From Candidatus Omnitrophota bacterium (GTDB taxonomy: Bacteria > Omnitrophota > Gorgyraeia > 2-01-FULL-45-10), in contig JAZDOS010000042.1 in assembly GCA_043798375.1 (NCBI GenBank), forward strand, positions 5,037 through 69,036: DNA of 64,000 nucleotides, in the 5' to 3' direction. The translations under genes were made by a program, and so were the position numbers. This document shows positions 15,001 through 23,400 of this stretch, in pieces. The notes beneath the pieces were generated by a model. The model was given only the letters and a program-made list of their open reading frames with translations, was not told the DNA's origin and made no database searches. How positions within the stretch are numbered: position 1 is the first letter of the stretch; each line of letters starts with the position of its first letter.

Positions 15001-17108
15001 ACGCGCCGATAATCGTTGCCGACCTGGACGGAACGATAACGGAACCTAATGAGCCGATATCCGAGGAGAACGCCAGGGCGATCATCAGGCTCGTTAAAAG
15101 CGGCGCCATTTTTGCGGTGTTATCCGGGATAAGTTTTAACAGGGTCAAATATCAATTCCTCGAACCTATGGTTAGTTACCTGACAACTCCCGAAGAAAGA
15201 GATATTTTAAAAGGCATCCCTATCGCAAGCGATAATGGAACTCAGGTTTATCAGTATGATACCGAGGCCGGCGGATTCGAATGCGTCTGGGCCAAAGACA
15301 TGGCTGAAGTTTTAGGAAAAGACAGGTATAGCCGGGCAGTGCAGGTTCTTAATAGATGCGCCGATGAGCTCAATATCAGGCAGATGCTGGGCAAGGTGAT
15401 GAACCGGGAATTTGATGATGAAGACTGGCAGGAGTTTCGAAGGGATCATATCATAGATAAAAGAAAGGTAAAGATCGGAAAAGATCACGATTATAAAAAT
15501 ATTGTTACGCAGATATCATTTATGGTTGTCGGCAATGAGGCTTCGCCGGAGGAAAAGGACCTGTTTTCCGAAGCGGACAAAGGCGTAGAGGCTGTCATCA
15601 GGAATCCTTATGCCGAATATATAAAGGAAGAGCTGCGTAAGGAAGGCATAGAGCTTGAAGTGACCGTTTCCGGCAAGAGCTCGATAGATATTACACTGCC
15701 GGGAGCGGATAAAGGTTCCGGTATCATGACGATAGCGGGGCGTTTAAGAGCATCCAGAGATATCATGATATTCTTCGGAGACGCCTTCAGGGCCAATGAC
15801 GGGCCGGCCCTCAAATCTGTCAAAAGAGCGGTGAACTTTGGACAGGCCGTGGATTTTAAAAGATTGCCTTACGATACGGAAGGATTAGAATCGGCGCAGT
15901 TTCCCGGCACAGGGCCCCGCGGCTTTAGGCTGTTGGCCGACAAACTGGCGCGCCGACTCGAGGAGCATAAGAGAGAGCCTGTAACCGGGAAGAAATTAAT
16001 CAACGGGCCTGCCGAAATCGCCGTATTGGTACCGGCCAAACTCGAAAAAGCCGCTATTAATGCCCTGGAACCGGGCGCGATAGTAACCAAAGACCGGGAA
16101 ATTTTCGACGAGCTTACCGGTACCGGCACCCCGGGCATCATCCTGACGGAAGGCATGACCGAATCCTATTTAGGCAGTGATAACTTCAGGCTGTCGGTCC
16201 AGGCGATTCAGGCGATCGCTGCCGACAAGAACGGCGAGAAGCTTCGCAGGTTCGTCAACTTCCTCAAGAAGAAGTTACAGCTCATGGATAGATTCGATAT
16301 CGATACAGCCAGGCAGAAACTCTTATCCGCCGGCGAGGGGGTGTCTATGTATACAAAGAGAATAAACGCGATACTTCCCGCTCTCTTACGCGAACAGCAG
16401 GCCAGGTTGGCTATGGCGTACAGCACGATGTCTCTACCCGAGGCTCAATTCAATAACCAGGTTGTTGTAGCTACCACAGACACAATAGCCGAAAACGACA
16501 TCTACTTTTTCGACAGGATCATAAAGGCCTCCGAAAAAGGCATTGTCAGCCCGATCATCTACGGGGATAGACTGAAGACTCCGGAGGAGGCCGCGGCATT
16601 TGCCAGGGCAGGCCTGCGCGTCCAGGGCATCAGCGAAGGAAGGATCGATGAGGCCATGAAATCTATAATATTCGTCGATAAATATCTCCGCAAGGACGAC
16701 GGCTCTAATGCGCCGAAATCGCGCAACGACATCGTCATGGAGATACAGCGCGAGGTGTTCAAGAGCTTCGGGACAACCCCCGACCTGTATAACGATATCG
16801 GTATCAGGGCGATCGAGGGTGAACTGCAGGAAGGCAGAGAGACTCCGCTGCTCGGAAAACTTGTAGAGATAAAACCCGTAACCATAAATGGTGAGAAAGT
16901 CTACGTTTCGATCAACACCTATGAGATCACATTGGAAGTCGTGACTAAACTGAAAGGGACTATGACGCTCGAAGGCCTGGCTATACCCGGCCTTAAGATA
17001 GATGAACGCGGCAGGATCATATTCACGTCTCCGATCGTGCCCTACGATTACAATAAGGAGATCGGCGCGTATAGAGACGCGATAGCGCTACTCGCGAGCG
17101 CGGCATAA
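1..17108 (+). CDS. Giant multidomain membrane protein, 5'-truncated (>5700 aa): GT2 synthase, CBM-like, HExxH, HD, DUF692-like, 2H, NAGPA-like, HIT/GalT-like and HAD-IIB domains
   Basis: The frame of ORF 99..17108 is open back to position 3 (RHTYELPVPEARYKY...), so the true start lies upstream of the window. Motifs: GT2 VDQED (~6045), LGGTGNGF (~6516), GAWDLYNIIEDSELG (~6822), QRSRW (6969); many TM segments 3300-9600; HEFAH (9960); ALHDVG (~10245); FLADCAH/EAHL/DVH TIM barrel (~10950-11950); HLT (12225) and HMT (12492); NAGPA-like GVDSKGNLIWVIVSG...FDNG; HRHYH (14409); DLDGT (15021) with FGD...ND. Confidence 0.9.
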   Translation, partial: RHTYELPVPEARYKYTVTRDFDREKRAIITTGVERTVMYEKDRLLFKVSTDLIKGETEVIRLYKSKEVNGVTYNNVYETLLYDKSGKEIFRKYHKITFDRRYRDRDIWTFLWSKGEVRDKVHNYKDNTDRLVVYLQTKEIKLTPESTRIVTETKEWTDNETGLSHFVKIITTKDMFGNVIKIDSEWRAKDPKKGDIWSDMGKPMEYYYEIITAETKELKRNGSAAAVVYSDAEGNLFANFAKGPHGRPRNGVAIPKGARWIVQTKRDTVRREESFGIYDAYAKPVYQDIDTGYFGNGFVNQVLIYDPENSTMEEHALFREKDEDRGTDREIDILDKHSTKVTYHNSEIADTWLLLSEISKKRMYWTEYEYDIDRALSRSYAGDKPVRSRTYDLLLPEGRKSNKMEKGALIENMAYIYDGRSQSRLIIDLSDRRGPDGAKIAPEEPFREGEVVTGLITPLDIETLWREAEEFETQKWRAPIIIGKDGAVWIDTVKGSLVVYRVRLDPNLYVTVHLEKGPAGKYSVKKAYIGRGVYEFYGVHGKRRVRELFSIDEKFININPGTGSCEVDRDTGYAVIINPETKKSVKVDITKDLGDMAPAMYLYDAADPSLAYCIPLTGSDFENGYFYLNRMLLAGGNKPMARLKLVPGSGNTRQDFAKIQEKVRSDKPSAEVTGLPGGFARVDWIYATPEPPASYRDTGLPTVVAITGIEQGIKAGRTKLYASPIDENTQEISKSLGTRYLVRNKSARRMSLNTQGIEKIGSLKNARTAGGVPISAFSGVQTMPVEEDVHWEKTDVTEENILPLSQETGEHLTLNDKGSKVVQYYTPDDRRLKTEYEIGTSKNAMNLVLGALSGLKDPIFKSKADIEILDCIYTTARTNSLNSIKKLREFIINAIAVKDAFEKVTGKVPVTAESAGNILYYTRALMIGDPLTGEIAVRTADDMKSFESNLAALSDAVLKAFKNFDKEAKTQKMRDFIGFDTDEGKFVLGKLVHWAKNKKDFVFEDFLASFNGIIRYEKEVNDYFKARYATAAQEGKAAKLPAQSRFEIFADKITSFASQTAGLSSGDKKTFLEVQTERLDKKDYKKTQEKIKAKTRFAPALKWLGLPAVIFALMGNAGYAADIAAKPIANVIDIPGDIIGIFTHAPYFSLAVAGILIAALIWRIYKTGIDENRYWSTRQQLYAWKTPPRQGQPLCNPNPAYARMWDEMGAGIAEMRRAMWDIYRTLEPFRVMFYEPNSPLYGRDTGPHIPAYRYGPWTFLTFAAGAGLTVVNIWKAAQTGLSIGYGPWIWILGAGLMLLSLINGYKFIADMALIISPSLRQRRRMLALQIMESEIAVQRRYFTSLINSGGYGFTADQWRELLKFPAHVPFGEPDDQKEIRTQYISFMEYLDYCDEWVKFLKERKDYRVFARLQYPPDQQRHDVMPTFYTQGPEYYMAHTPGIAPITTIMPGNEQDHPGYPIIGEADARNGFRRYANTTRLPIPQLGRVRNPYADPVEPLVPLNNIYVYLAHIRERARQANALGNIGLVTEREEVVAELSIGAVSGRYGPGPESTSYPKLFWKRHLWHSMIFLGVAAAITKAAYGFRLHLAALKIAEDMPIMTPMAFTSAEIIAAVIGFLTIVGIFKYLLFGAASAERPRRIMALGALGGIGYFLYSYCSEPIIKIARLFDRILPDSAHNIFDYLAQPQVLPYTIIVLGAAAAIIGIYYLVVSSGEQSNEVRDQDILDHTPDHLLRGILNRAIQDAINEGKDRNLPGIVRNRPAGRRLIGDNEDVRAIFREISGSYKGLSKASRLVRNEPLSDWITYRIRMSSRTGEGHALASVMEVADIVNNVRERGRIIQVLAAHGFNVQGLPADPPVDRRSGRATNMDIAERLTLADMDRIVNDPAIAHEIFEAVVLMDTVFGNAAAQVRATLESATNSYHGRVDIALSMDDDDPGVDAIRQAMQPGGILAPYADNIIIYTGSNWGSNLGKNQRKARMKPVLDVETVKYLKKIYGERRAACPDYKLPGFVELVDQEDRLGALLLKSKTLLWKMYDRTVSDEIAGRRNSGDRRRWGIKFNGLGGAQWKLRLTYYLTTARLRIAAWGAAPDADGDARERAAFMLNAFRQVYANADYFAESEFRTRSVPAIIQSELRLVSDKSPAHAYMSHSDYLLWHTKIQVGQTNNGFLFLGGTGNGFLWDMIAGEELDGSGRALCYLNDRARLQDMLFPLRQNIEREETRMAEFYAGFPLPIRLMFHIIVHPIRSIFDPSVKRTRVPSGLLRNYLNTYNISGAWDLYNIIEDSELGRRLPLYQLKATRLVGPFTQILEDLLPVMGAPWWRQRSRWIIMQTFAVTIAHPAAFFMFFGQYIGLALGWMMFGSANGFILQGLGAGLAGFVIGGFAFYYIGHIVNGLLILAGWKRNAQWQVDPVKAMGYWRFQHVAHLAAATPAVVATTLTLILTILYGIATVGNVPGLEFMGGGLGAFIVDAVRFLQVYVPFVNGWLPTVFIGAIVFFIPPFMQVIQGMIATLQYDIQDEESTTESIRVYLTEAGDTPMIGIADMHADTINTNIVVPGRVIAGHYSRFSDDEFVINFLNMYIREAAAACNHAVVGMPNNAFGWADLNRNWRNGLDPANPDHIQIYRRALTEAIDFAHGLITKIRGDVRFSWKFFAFGAALFIVSNYLMSTGWFYAALGNYALWTGLAIMIAAILTQVVSRVPRARKSIYRLSSIGRRPYHAYHYFIRQILMLPYYMNLIIAGILSLFMTVDRYQGENFWTRGRQGLQPPRYGERGSLRQYRNILSNWLSTNWLILALLFVPIYIIVGDPMVKVHLKPKMIGRQITLEIEREYQNHISGDYNLDSSEIYGILRSDPYIYVQNGWVEGKIKVFDEYLANHIRSGNAESLKSAETTLAWIVEGIRAGQDYIKSEGGDDAEAIKGFEELAEIFFALCAKYNILDLYYQVLPAKPEVIDAAKFKIETDNAEARITKTGKDGSFELKCSIDGNVSGNAGYVIVKADLPDSVDMAGKEFIVDYGISGGQIGNRTIQSMVIDGNGNTYFNPLSNKLLKDSASVRPEKQPAEQWLSEKDRSRVFNRQNIRTVLIKIGGNAAGDCPNLVIRFGAPRIQIRPSFVTGIGSPDIKSSMNRAVEQRAGKAKKARNLEPVRPLGILTGGLAVGSLIGLGIITLLNTHAGANINPWLSLGIGLGLSIAGFIIEASRHSRARMNKHNVDSIRKSQAGFMYPNGWAKFGDFDEFAALKPVLEYLGIPEDMVRPYTWTAAEMPTNWLTAFMELFKTSPPRIATVKTEIDDEGNVRKYIEITPSLLLPGNELYLEQILRHEFAHLGGAGEIGATWAERGLLRTIYNIPPLVMDALLPGEEAGVFNIPAPELLEKFNHGFLLKHVGRATVISMRIGRELGLSEEEMKLLEYASALHDVGGDPRALNEKKFSEYSERIKQAADEKSIKKAADKLVERAASSMGIAVPEDIGARYELFKTGLAAIARLSRHEIAQNEELLNSIFDVPSNTLKILRKNNIVISPDLEVLLKYHADYAGFVKDKPAFSIPADRMRMLLSILYLTDMFEHGNNRFTQLVQRGKDRVENFPETFTFIEGMFAAAGMLERCNREPVDALVKLVRAEDPAIMKAVTAARETVEAGEAAKICETFNRANIIPSFTLNASRDFKDQESDFRKGLEVLRAIFTGSSVTTQYSFEDQCRDERELARIKSTPEYRADKRTFHLKILNDKRRIVDGKPKRYELNLSSPDTKELIENKGSVLYQIVEELQPEYVSVHISAPMEEREFGTDDRPYEVGISPLLSREEVLNRFVDRINTLQDNLKTIGHNNPVLVESLDYHDAALTKGAYEYITEPAFIREVLARTGAHFLADCAHMYVSAKNTHLGRPDYDYMEYVKQIIDEDTIALVDEAHLTVPAYDAKTGQWQDVHLPFYTDSVEAGDVKNILRYIFELRAKKGITKPIIVNFESDSNETDMKNSQKDITALADFFRPHQNARMAMEYESMKDLSNPFDAVKMQKSRGLFEWDDAAGAWDWKQGDGITLLLGLPFEGPIQQNMGEIENALSSLEPDAKKLYLMKIENFHLTAAALTENTLEVSQDPAVEKEILRRLSAVRSLIQGQGAVKLKFHYKDLTITPGGEIVALGFVENDNLFAIRDKLHFRGISSHYTDIVHMTIGRIFDENISPERLAEYKRLIEALREKKDERGNPAVLADLTIDNANLWDQRGATSELRYGRSHSPIPLEARPEIQPNAPPIVVKTAPQVTIESFTSERGPSTAMAVARLKASEVTVYPVFQRNIKSSRGMQRDRATMHFGYQLEGGKFQDVDDEAPDYEHVRKDIWTIEEHLAEFRKKHPDVEIIGFVGNGNILANTGLSASVMWVERKLWATEQEKELIYNGNSRNYPSLILWKENGRYSAEEVKFTREGRIIQASTDKDITEDVIFTNSGVGLLKQGPGRETAPYDLAAHCWHDSDVRHYLDFPFRKTNTGKYIHFGVDQFYDSKGNVVTALLSPAIDEEPITLKLEENKIPLDNYDIVALEAGLKEKGYEPAASRDEVAYGSYFIAQDLGEIKIGFFRGINPHNICGVDSKGNLIWVIVSGKSNRIGITFKEAQKKLKEMGAASAVIFDNGADAMMNIDNSYVIPSFQGRDRILSILVFGKRAPPDTRPQAPAEADFAAAKFEDVTLKDGSKFSLAYLPWRGKYKAAAAQVLEKRPDKTRPISPYDHDKAICPLCSPIIADEKAYNGEGRQYIIVVNTSPFAEDHALFASREPLPQIITTPKQIEDIAGYMSEKGEGREAIFNGFDPNRTSLAHRHYHWQVFKRSSTIWENYAKGVLNTRYSEEESTKTVRVEYSANKAFSVKIVIGTDIKKISEILLKDIRVIESKSLIPMINFRIIDGKYAFALQAGTEERPASLVRLDEESHAGIGAAEHSGYIITDTEKLFDTLKDSPELIKNILIDSQAPIEEVLGSADTNPPALPGTRGLEPVEGPAQAIKQFNDMASGIMDRGYAPIIVADLDGTITEPNEPISEENARAIIRLVKSGAIFAVLSGISFNRVKYQFLEPMVSYLTTPEERDILKGIPIASDNGTQVYQYDTEAGGFECVWAKDMAEVLGKDRYSRAVQVLNRCADELNIRQMLGKVMNREFDDEDWQEFRRDHIIDKRKVKIGKDHDYKNIVTQISFMVVGNEASPEEKDLFSEADKGVEAVIRNPYAEYIKEELRKEGIELEVTVSGKSSIDITLPGADKGSGIMTIAGRLRASRDIMIFFGDAFRANDGPALKSVKRAVNFGQAVDFKRLPYDTEGLESAQFPGTGPRGFRLLADKLARRLEEHKREPVTGKKLINGPAEIAVLVPAKLEKAAINALEPGAIVTKDREIFDELTGTGTPGIILTEGMTESYLGSDNFRLSVQAIQAIAADKNGEKLRRFVNFLKKKLQLMDRFDIDTARQKLLSAGEGVSMYTKRINAILPALLREQQARLAMAYSTMSLPEAQFNNQVVVATTDTIAENDIYFFDRIIKASEKGIVSPIIYGDRLKTPEEAAAFARAGLRVQGISEGRIDEAMKSIIFVDKYLRKDDGSNAPKSRNDIVMEIQREVFKSFGTTPDLYNDIGIRAIEGELQEGRETPLLGKLVEIKPVTINGEKVYVSINTYEITLEVVTKLKGTMTLEGLAIPGLKIDERGRIIFTSPIVPYDYNKEIGAYRDAIALLASAA

Positions 17109-17115
17109 CGTTCTT

Positions 17116-17260
17116 AATCTAACCTGGTTAATCTAACCAGGTTAGATTGCTTATCCTCGCCCTATATAAGGTAAGGCCAAGCTGCCTTATAATTGGCGAG
17201 GATAGGCTGCTTAACCATGTTCAACCTCGTAGGTTGAACCTACGAGGTTGAACATGGTTA
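17116..17260. repeat. Three consecutive palindromes/hairpins after giant gene 1 (possible terminator/REP-like cluster)
   Basis: aatctaacctggtta-atc-taaccaggttagatt (17116-17148); tatcctcgcc...ggcgaggata (~17152-17203); perfect 24-bp-arm palindrome taaccatgttcaacctcgtaggtt-g-aacctacgaggttgaacatggtta (17212-17260). Confidence 0.85.
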
Positions 17261-17287
17261 GGTTATAAAAAAGTAAGAATTAATGGC

Positions 17288-17316
17288 TTGACAGTTTAAA
17301 TAAACAGAGCTATACT
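17288..17316 (+). promoter_or_regulatory. Sigma70-type promoter for giant gene 2
   Basis: TTGACA (17288-17293), 17-bp spacer, TATACT (17311-17316); RBS AAGGAG precedes the ATG at 17412. Confidence 0.75.
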
Positions 17317-17352
17317 TTTATTACTTTAACAGCTCTTATTTGTTACATATAT

Positions 17353-17388
17353 AACCTCAAAGGTTGCCTTTAGGCAACCTTTGAGGTT
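17353..17388. repeat. REP-like nested palindrome (AACCT-N3-AGGTTGCC family) in the 5' UTR
   Basis: aacctcaaaggttgcct-tt-aggcaacctttgaggtt; relatives at 48301 and 57414. Confidence 0.85.
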
Positions 17389-17411
17389 GGCAAATTGTAA
17401 GGAGATAAAAT

Positions 17412-20400
17412 ATGATATTCAGGAAAACAATTTCGGTTTTTGTAATCTTCACATTTCTGTTCTCGAACGTCGCTTTTGCCGTACCGGCTAAATCCAACAT
17501 TGAACTCGCAGGGAATAATGAGACGGTCACGACCCCCGAGAGCATAGTTGTACCGCGTGATTTCGGGCTTGTTAAGAGTAAATTTAACGGCAACTCCGGC
17601 AAACTTATAGTCCACATCCAGGACGCGCACTGTAATTATGAAGCCCAGTCTAATATCGTTAAAATATTGGAGGGATTGGTAAAGAATTACTCTTTTGGCC
17701 TGGTGGCGGTGGAAGGCGCCGACGGTTTCATCGACACTTCGTGGTTCAAGGCGTTCCCGGACGATGAGGTGAGAAAAGAGGTCGCCGATTATTTCATGAA
17801 GAAGGGCGAGATCACCGGCCCCGAATTTCTCTCCATCACCACAAACCTGCCGTTTAAACTATTCGGCGCCGAAACCCGCTCCTATTACATCCAGAACCTG
17901 AACGCGTTTACCTCAAGTTACCCATTAAAAGACGAAACCGAAAAATATTTCAACTCTATCAAAGCCGTTTTAAACCGTTTAAAAGGCTTTATATACAGCG
18001 AAGAGCTTAAGGTTCTCGATACAAAGATTCAGGATTACGAATCGAAGAAACTTCAGTTCAATGATTATATCAGATTCCTGCAGGCGATAGCCGAAAAACA
18101 TAAGATAAATTTAAGAAGCTACGATAATTTCTTCAGGCTCGTGAGCGTCCTCATATATGAAAAGAAGATAGATTTTAATATCACCGACAAGGAGAGAAGC
18201 GCGCTGATTGATGAATTAAGCAAGGCCGTCGCCAAAGACCAGCTTCAGCAGCTCGTAACGCAGTCCATATCATTCAAATCAGGTAAAATTTCATCCGCCG
18301 AATATTACGCGTATCTGAAGAACCTCGCCGCCGCGAACGGCATTGATCTTTCGAAGAAATACCCCAATCTTTATAACTATATAATATATAACGCCGTCTA
18401 CTCCAAAATAGAGAATGAAAAATTATTCCAGGATTTAAAGAAGATAGAGATCGCGGTCAAAGAGAAGCTCTTTGCCAACGATGACCAGAGAGCGCTCGAA
18501 AAACTCTCCCGCCACATCGACATACTTCTCGGCCTCATCAATATAAAGCTCATGAACGGCGATTTCGATTACTACCAGGCCGATAAGAGCGAGTTTACAT
18601 CGGAATATTTCGAGGATTTCATAAAGAAGAAGGTTATCCAGTTCGGCCTTGCCTATGATGTAATGGCGCCAACCGAGGCAGTCGCGCAAAGCATACCGAA
18701 ATTAGAGGATTTCTACTCAATAGCCATAAAGCGCGACAAGGCGCTCGTCGATAACACGCTCGACGCGATGAAGAAAGAGAAACAGAACATCGCGGTCCTT
18801 GTGACAGGCGGCTTCCACTCAGAAGGCATAGCCAAACTCCTCGAAAAGCAGGGCGTCTCCTACATGGTCGTCTGCCCGTCTATCACAAAAGACGTCCCCT
18901 CACCGTACATACAGATACTGACGAATCAACGCACCCCCCTTGAGGACATTCTTATCGGCACCGCCCACGCGAAGGAAGGGATGGTCGCCGCGCCTTCAAG
19001 AGCACAACTTATTACCATGCCGGACAGCGCATTCAAAGACTATGTCGGAAGACTTGAGGCCGGCGAAAAGCTTGCCCTGGCAATAAAGGCTGCAGAAGAA
19101 GAATGGGTGGACGTAACCGTGAGCGGCGCTGAAGGAGCCGCTACACCTGTCGGCAGAGTTAATATCGAAGGGCTCGTCGACCGCTTAAAGGAAGATACGG
19201 GGGCAAGCATTGCCGGTATAGTGAATGAGTTAAGGCACGACCTCCATCAGAGATGCGACAGATTACATTTATCGAAGATCTCAATCGAGCATCTTCTTGC
19301 TCTTCTCGAGGAAAAGCTGACATCGCCAGAGTTTAAAGCCATTACTGACAAATTCGAGGCCGAATACAACGAGCGCGTTGCAAACCGTGCGGCGCTGGAA
19401 GCGCGCCGTAAAGGCGCCGCGGAATCCGGCCGGAAAAGCCCGGGCAGGGACGCAGTAGCGGGAATCGGCGAGCGCGCTTTAAGGGCAGATGAGTTCGGCC
19501 GTTACGACAGCAATCTCGGAGCAAATTTTGAGGCAAGCAGGGTTGAGACAAGAGACGAGGAATTACCGGGCCTCAGGGTCCATGTCCACGGCGATATCAA
19601 CGGCAGTTTCGAGGAAGGAATAGCCGCGCAGAATGACGATGCCCTTCTGAACGGCGGGGCTACGATTCCATTTCCAAGAGTGCATCCCGGGACATACAGA
19701 GGCTCTGCTCTTTCGCGGGAAATCGATGGGCAGATCGAAGAGATCGCTGGGCAGATACATGTAAGCAGGTACATATGGGACAGCGAAAAGATCGCGGATG
19801 TTTCTGACAGTATCAAAATAACCAAAATGGATAAAGAGGTGGTAGGAAACCACGAAAAGGCCCATCTCGATATATTCGCAGGCAAGGGCGATATATTCAG
19901 GCTTTGGCTTCTCTATCTGGAGTACTGCGCGATATATAAGAAATTCGTAGACCAGGAAGACTTTGTAGATAATATTCAGAGCTGGGTAAGCCTTTTGACA
20001 AAATGGGCCAATAAAGGGACAAATGATAAAGGAGATATTGTTAAGGACGCCGAAAACAAGATGCCTATAAAGGAATGGGCGGTGATGAACGGTGTGCCGC
20101 TTGATGCTCGTCCCGGGGATTTCCCGAACTGCAATACCATCGAGATCCGGAAGAAGATAGCGGCATTACAGGCCTTGAGGATATACAAAAGGGCCAGATG
20201 GGCGCTGACCAATATAGACGAGAAAAAAATGAGGATAGCGCTTACCGAGGCCTATGTGCTGGCTGCGAATTACGGCGATGACGAACTGCTCAGTAATATC
20301 ATAAACCTGATCCCCGCACAACCTGGTATGAGGAAAGAGATATGCGGCAGGGCTATACTTCAGATAGCCAAGTGGTATCCGCTATGGATAAGGAAGGACC

Positions 20401-23400
20401 TTTTTAGGACAGCATCCCCGGGAACCATGGAACTTCTGGACCAGTGGCGTACGGAATCAGGCGCGGACCACGAGATAACGCCTAAAGATGTTGTCGCGGT
20501 CATCATGGCCGGCGGCGGCGGAGAAAGGATGTGGCCGCTCAGCGTTACGGAAGACCCCAAACAGATAACCGATATCATTGACGAGAAACTCCTTGTCATG
20601 GCCGTCCGCAGGGTGATAGAGCATCTGGGAAGGAAGAATGTCTACATCCAGACCATCCCAAAGCTTAAAGATAAGATCGTAAAATTGTTAAAGGATGCCG
20701 GTCTGAATATCCCGAAAGAAAATATATTCGCCGAGCCGGAATCTGCGGACACATCAGGCGCGATAGGCTATGCAGCCGCAAAGTTAAAGAGGTTGGGCAG
20801 AGGCAATGACGTGATGTTCGCATGTACCGCCGACCATTATATAGATGTAACCTCACCCGATTTCAGGAGCGCCTATATGCACGCGGCTAAGATAGCCAAG
20901 CACAATCAGGCGATAGGTACGTTGGGCATCGATCCCGAGCCAATAGGCGTATCGGAAGAATACGGCTGTATAAGGAAAGGCGGAGAGACCTTTTATGAAG
21001 GAGGCCATGTAGCCGCTAAGTTCATCGAAAAACCGAAAGGGAAAGACGCGAAAGATATATTCAAGGAAAGACTCCCTGATAATAGCCACGTATGGCTTTA
21101 TAATAGCGGGATGTTCATAGGAAGACCCGATATATTTTTAGAGGCGTTCAGGCAAGTCGCTCCTGTCTACGGCGAGGCGTTCGATGCCATAGCGGACCCG
21201 GAGGCTACGCTGGAGACGGAGGCGAAGGCCTTCAAGCAGTTAGGTGAGAATAAAAAGAAGGGTGGGTTTATTCATTCCGGAGAACCGACAGGATTCCGCA
21301 AGGGCGTATCGGTGGATTATGTATTAGCCCAGCCCGTCTCGAAGATGGAAACCGACAGGATCGCGCTATTTATGGTTGCGGGCACATTCAAATGGAAAGA
21401 TATAGGCAGTTATGCGATGGCCTATGCATATTATAAAGATGATTATCTCGGAACGCCTGACAAAGGAGACGCATCCGCAAAAACAGGTGTCTATAAAGAC
21501 GCAGATAATAATATCGTTGTGAACAAATCCTCCGACATAACACCGGCGCCCTATGTTAATTTTGAAAGCTGCTCAGAATGTTTTGTCATTGCCAATGATC
21601 CTGATGCGAGGATAACGCTTAAGAATCTCACAAGAACGATAGTAATCTATAACCCGACTACAAAATCGGTTATGGTGGCGCCTATTAGCGTAGAAGGCGA
21701 TTCTATAAAGAAGCTTCAGGGCAGGATAGGGGCGAGGGCCGCCTTAAAAGGTTATGTATTGGGCAATTTATCAGGGATTGAGCCGTCAAAAAAGAGAGCG
21801 GTGATTAGGGGCAGGTATGATGATAAGACAAGCTCAATTGTCATGGAAGAAGCTGACCAGAAGAATAATGTTGTCGAAGAGTATCTGCAGGGCAACGGCA
21901 TAATCATCGGATCCGAAGGATGCAGTATATCTGTAGGTGTTGGGCTCGCCACAATTGTTGATATGAAAGACGTCTCTCTGGACGTGCGACAGTCAACCGC
22001 TGACGGCATAAATATATCAGTGGAGAAGAAAGGCCCTGCCGCGGCATCGGCAGGTACGGCAGTTTCCGCGGGGATCACACTCGCGCATCTAGAGACACCT
22101 GCGGAGCGGATAGGGAACACAAGGATGATGCTTGAGCGGCTGGATATAAATCACATTACGCCCGCCGCATATGCCGGCGTTTACGGCGTGAGCGAGGATA
22201 TCGCGAAAACGGAGATAGGTAAGATATACGAAGAAGATATCGATAGAATAATAAAGATCGCGGCAGGCATCTCCAGGCTTAAAATCGATAGGAGCGACCC
22301 CGCTAAAATAGCCCATTTGGACGGCGAGATCGAAAAGCTGCAGAAGACGGTAAAAGATATCGTGCTCGAGAGAAAGAGCCGCGGCACGCTCGTTCCAGGA
22401 TGGATAAGGCTTGTCGTAGAAGGCATAAAAGACAGGGCGGAGTACAAGGAATCTTCACGGGTCAGGAGCGAAACGGTCCGGCTGTGCAATACCGTCTTTG
22501 CCGAATCAAAGGAAAACGAAATATTACAAGATGCCGCCAGGACAGAGAAGGAGCGCATCTTAAAAGATAAAGAGCTTATTACCTTGAGTCCGGCCATATG
22601 CAGGCGCGATTCAGTCAGGGCAGAAGACGCCGAACTTGAATTATCGGATACCATAGCCAATATATTGGGCAAGTCTATGGTGATGCTTATGCTGAAACAG
22701 ACAAAATTGACCGATCCGTCTAAACTAAAAATGGTCGTGGGCAGAGAATCGCGGATCACTGGTCGGCGCATATTATCCGCTTATAAGAGAGGCCTCCTTG
22801 ATATGGGCGCCAATGTTTTGGACATCTCCAAGACGGAGATCGATACCCTTGAAGGAAGGCAGGTAAGCGAGGTGGTAAGTACGCCTCTCATCTATTTTGC
22901 CAATCAGCTTCTCAACCCGTCCTCTGCTACCGAGATAACCGCAAGCCACCTACCTAAAGCCGCAAACGGTATTAAACCGACCATCATGAAAAGGAACGTT
23001 ACAGCGGATGAGATGAAGGTGTGGGAAGAACTGACCCATGATATTATTGACGGGAAGATCAAACCGTCCGGAAACAAGGGAGCCGAGACGAGCGATGCAT
23101 CGGTCTTGGGTTATTACCATTTGATGCTCAGCGCTACCCTGGCCGAAATAATAAATGATGAATCAAATGCCGCAGGACAGGCCCTCGTGAATAAGTGGCG
23201 CCTGGGGAGAAACGATGTCCTTAATAATGGGAAGACTTTAAAACAAGCGCTTGATGATATAAAGAACGAGGTCGCGGCATATATGGGAAGTAATCCTCTG
23301 TGCGGCATGAAGATGGAAATAGACCCCGGCAACGGCTCCATGGGGCCGATAGCGATTCCCTTACTGATAGGCCTTGGAGCAGAAATCCCGGCCGCGCCGA

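Noticed and set aside
17109-17411. Riboswitch or tRNA in the structured intergenic region
   Set aside because: The structures are near-perfect DNA palindromes of a dispersed family; I recognise no cloverleaf or known aptamer consensus.
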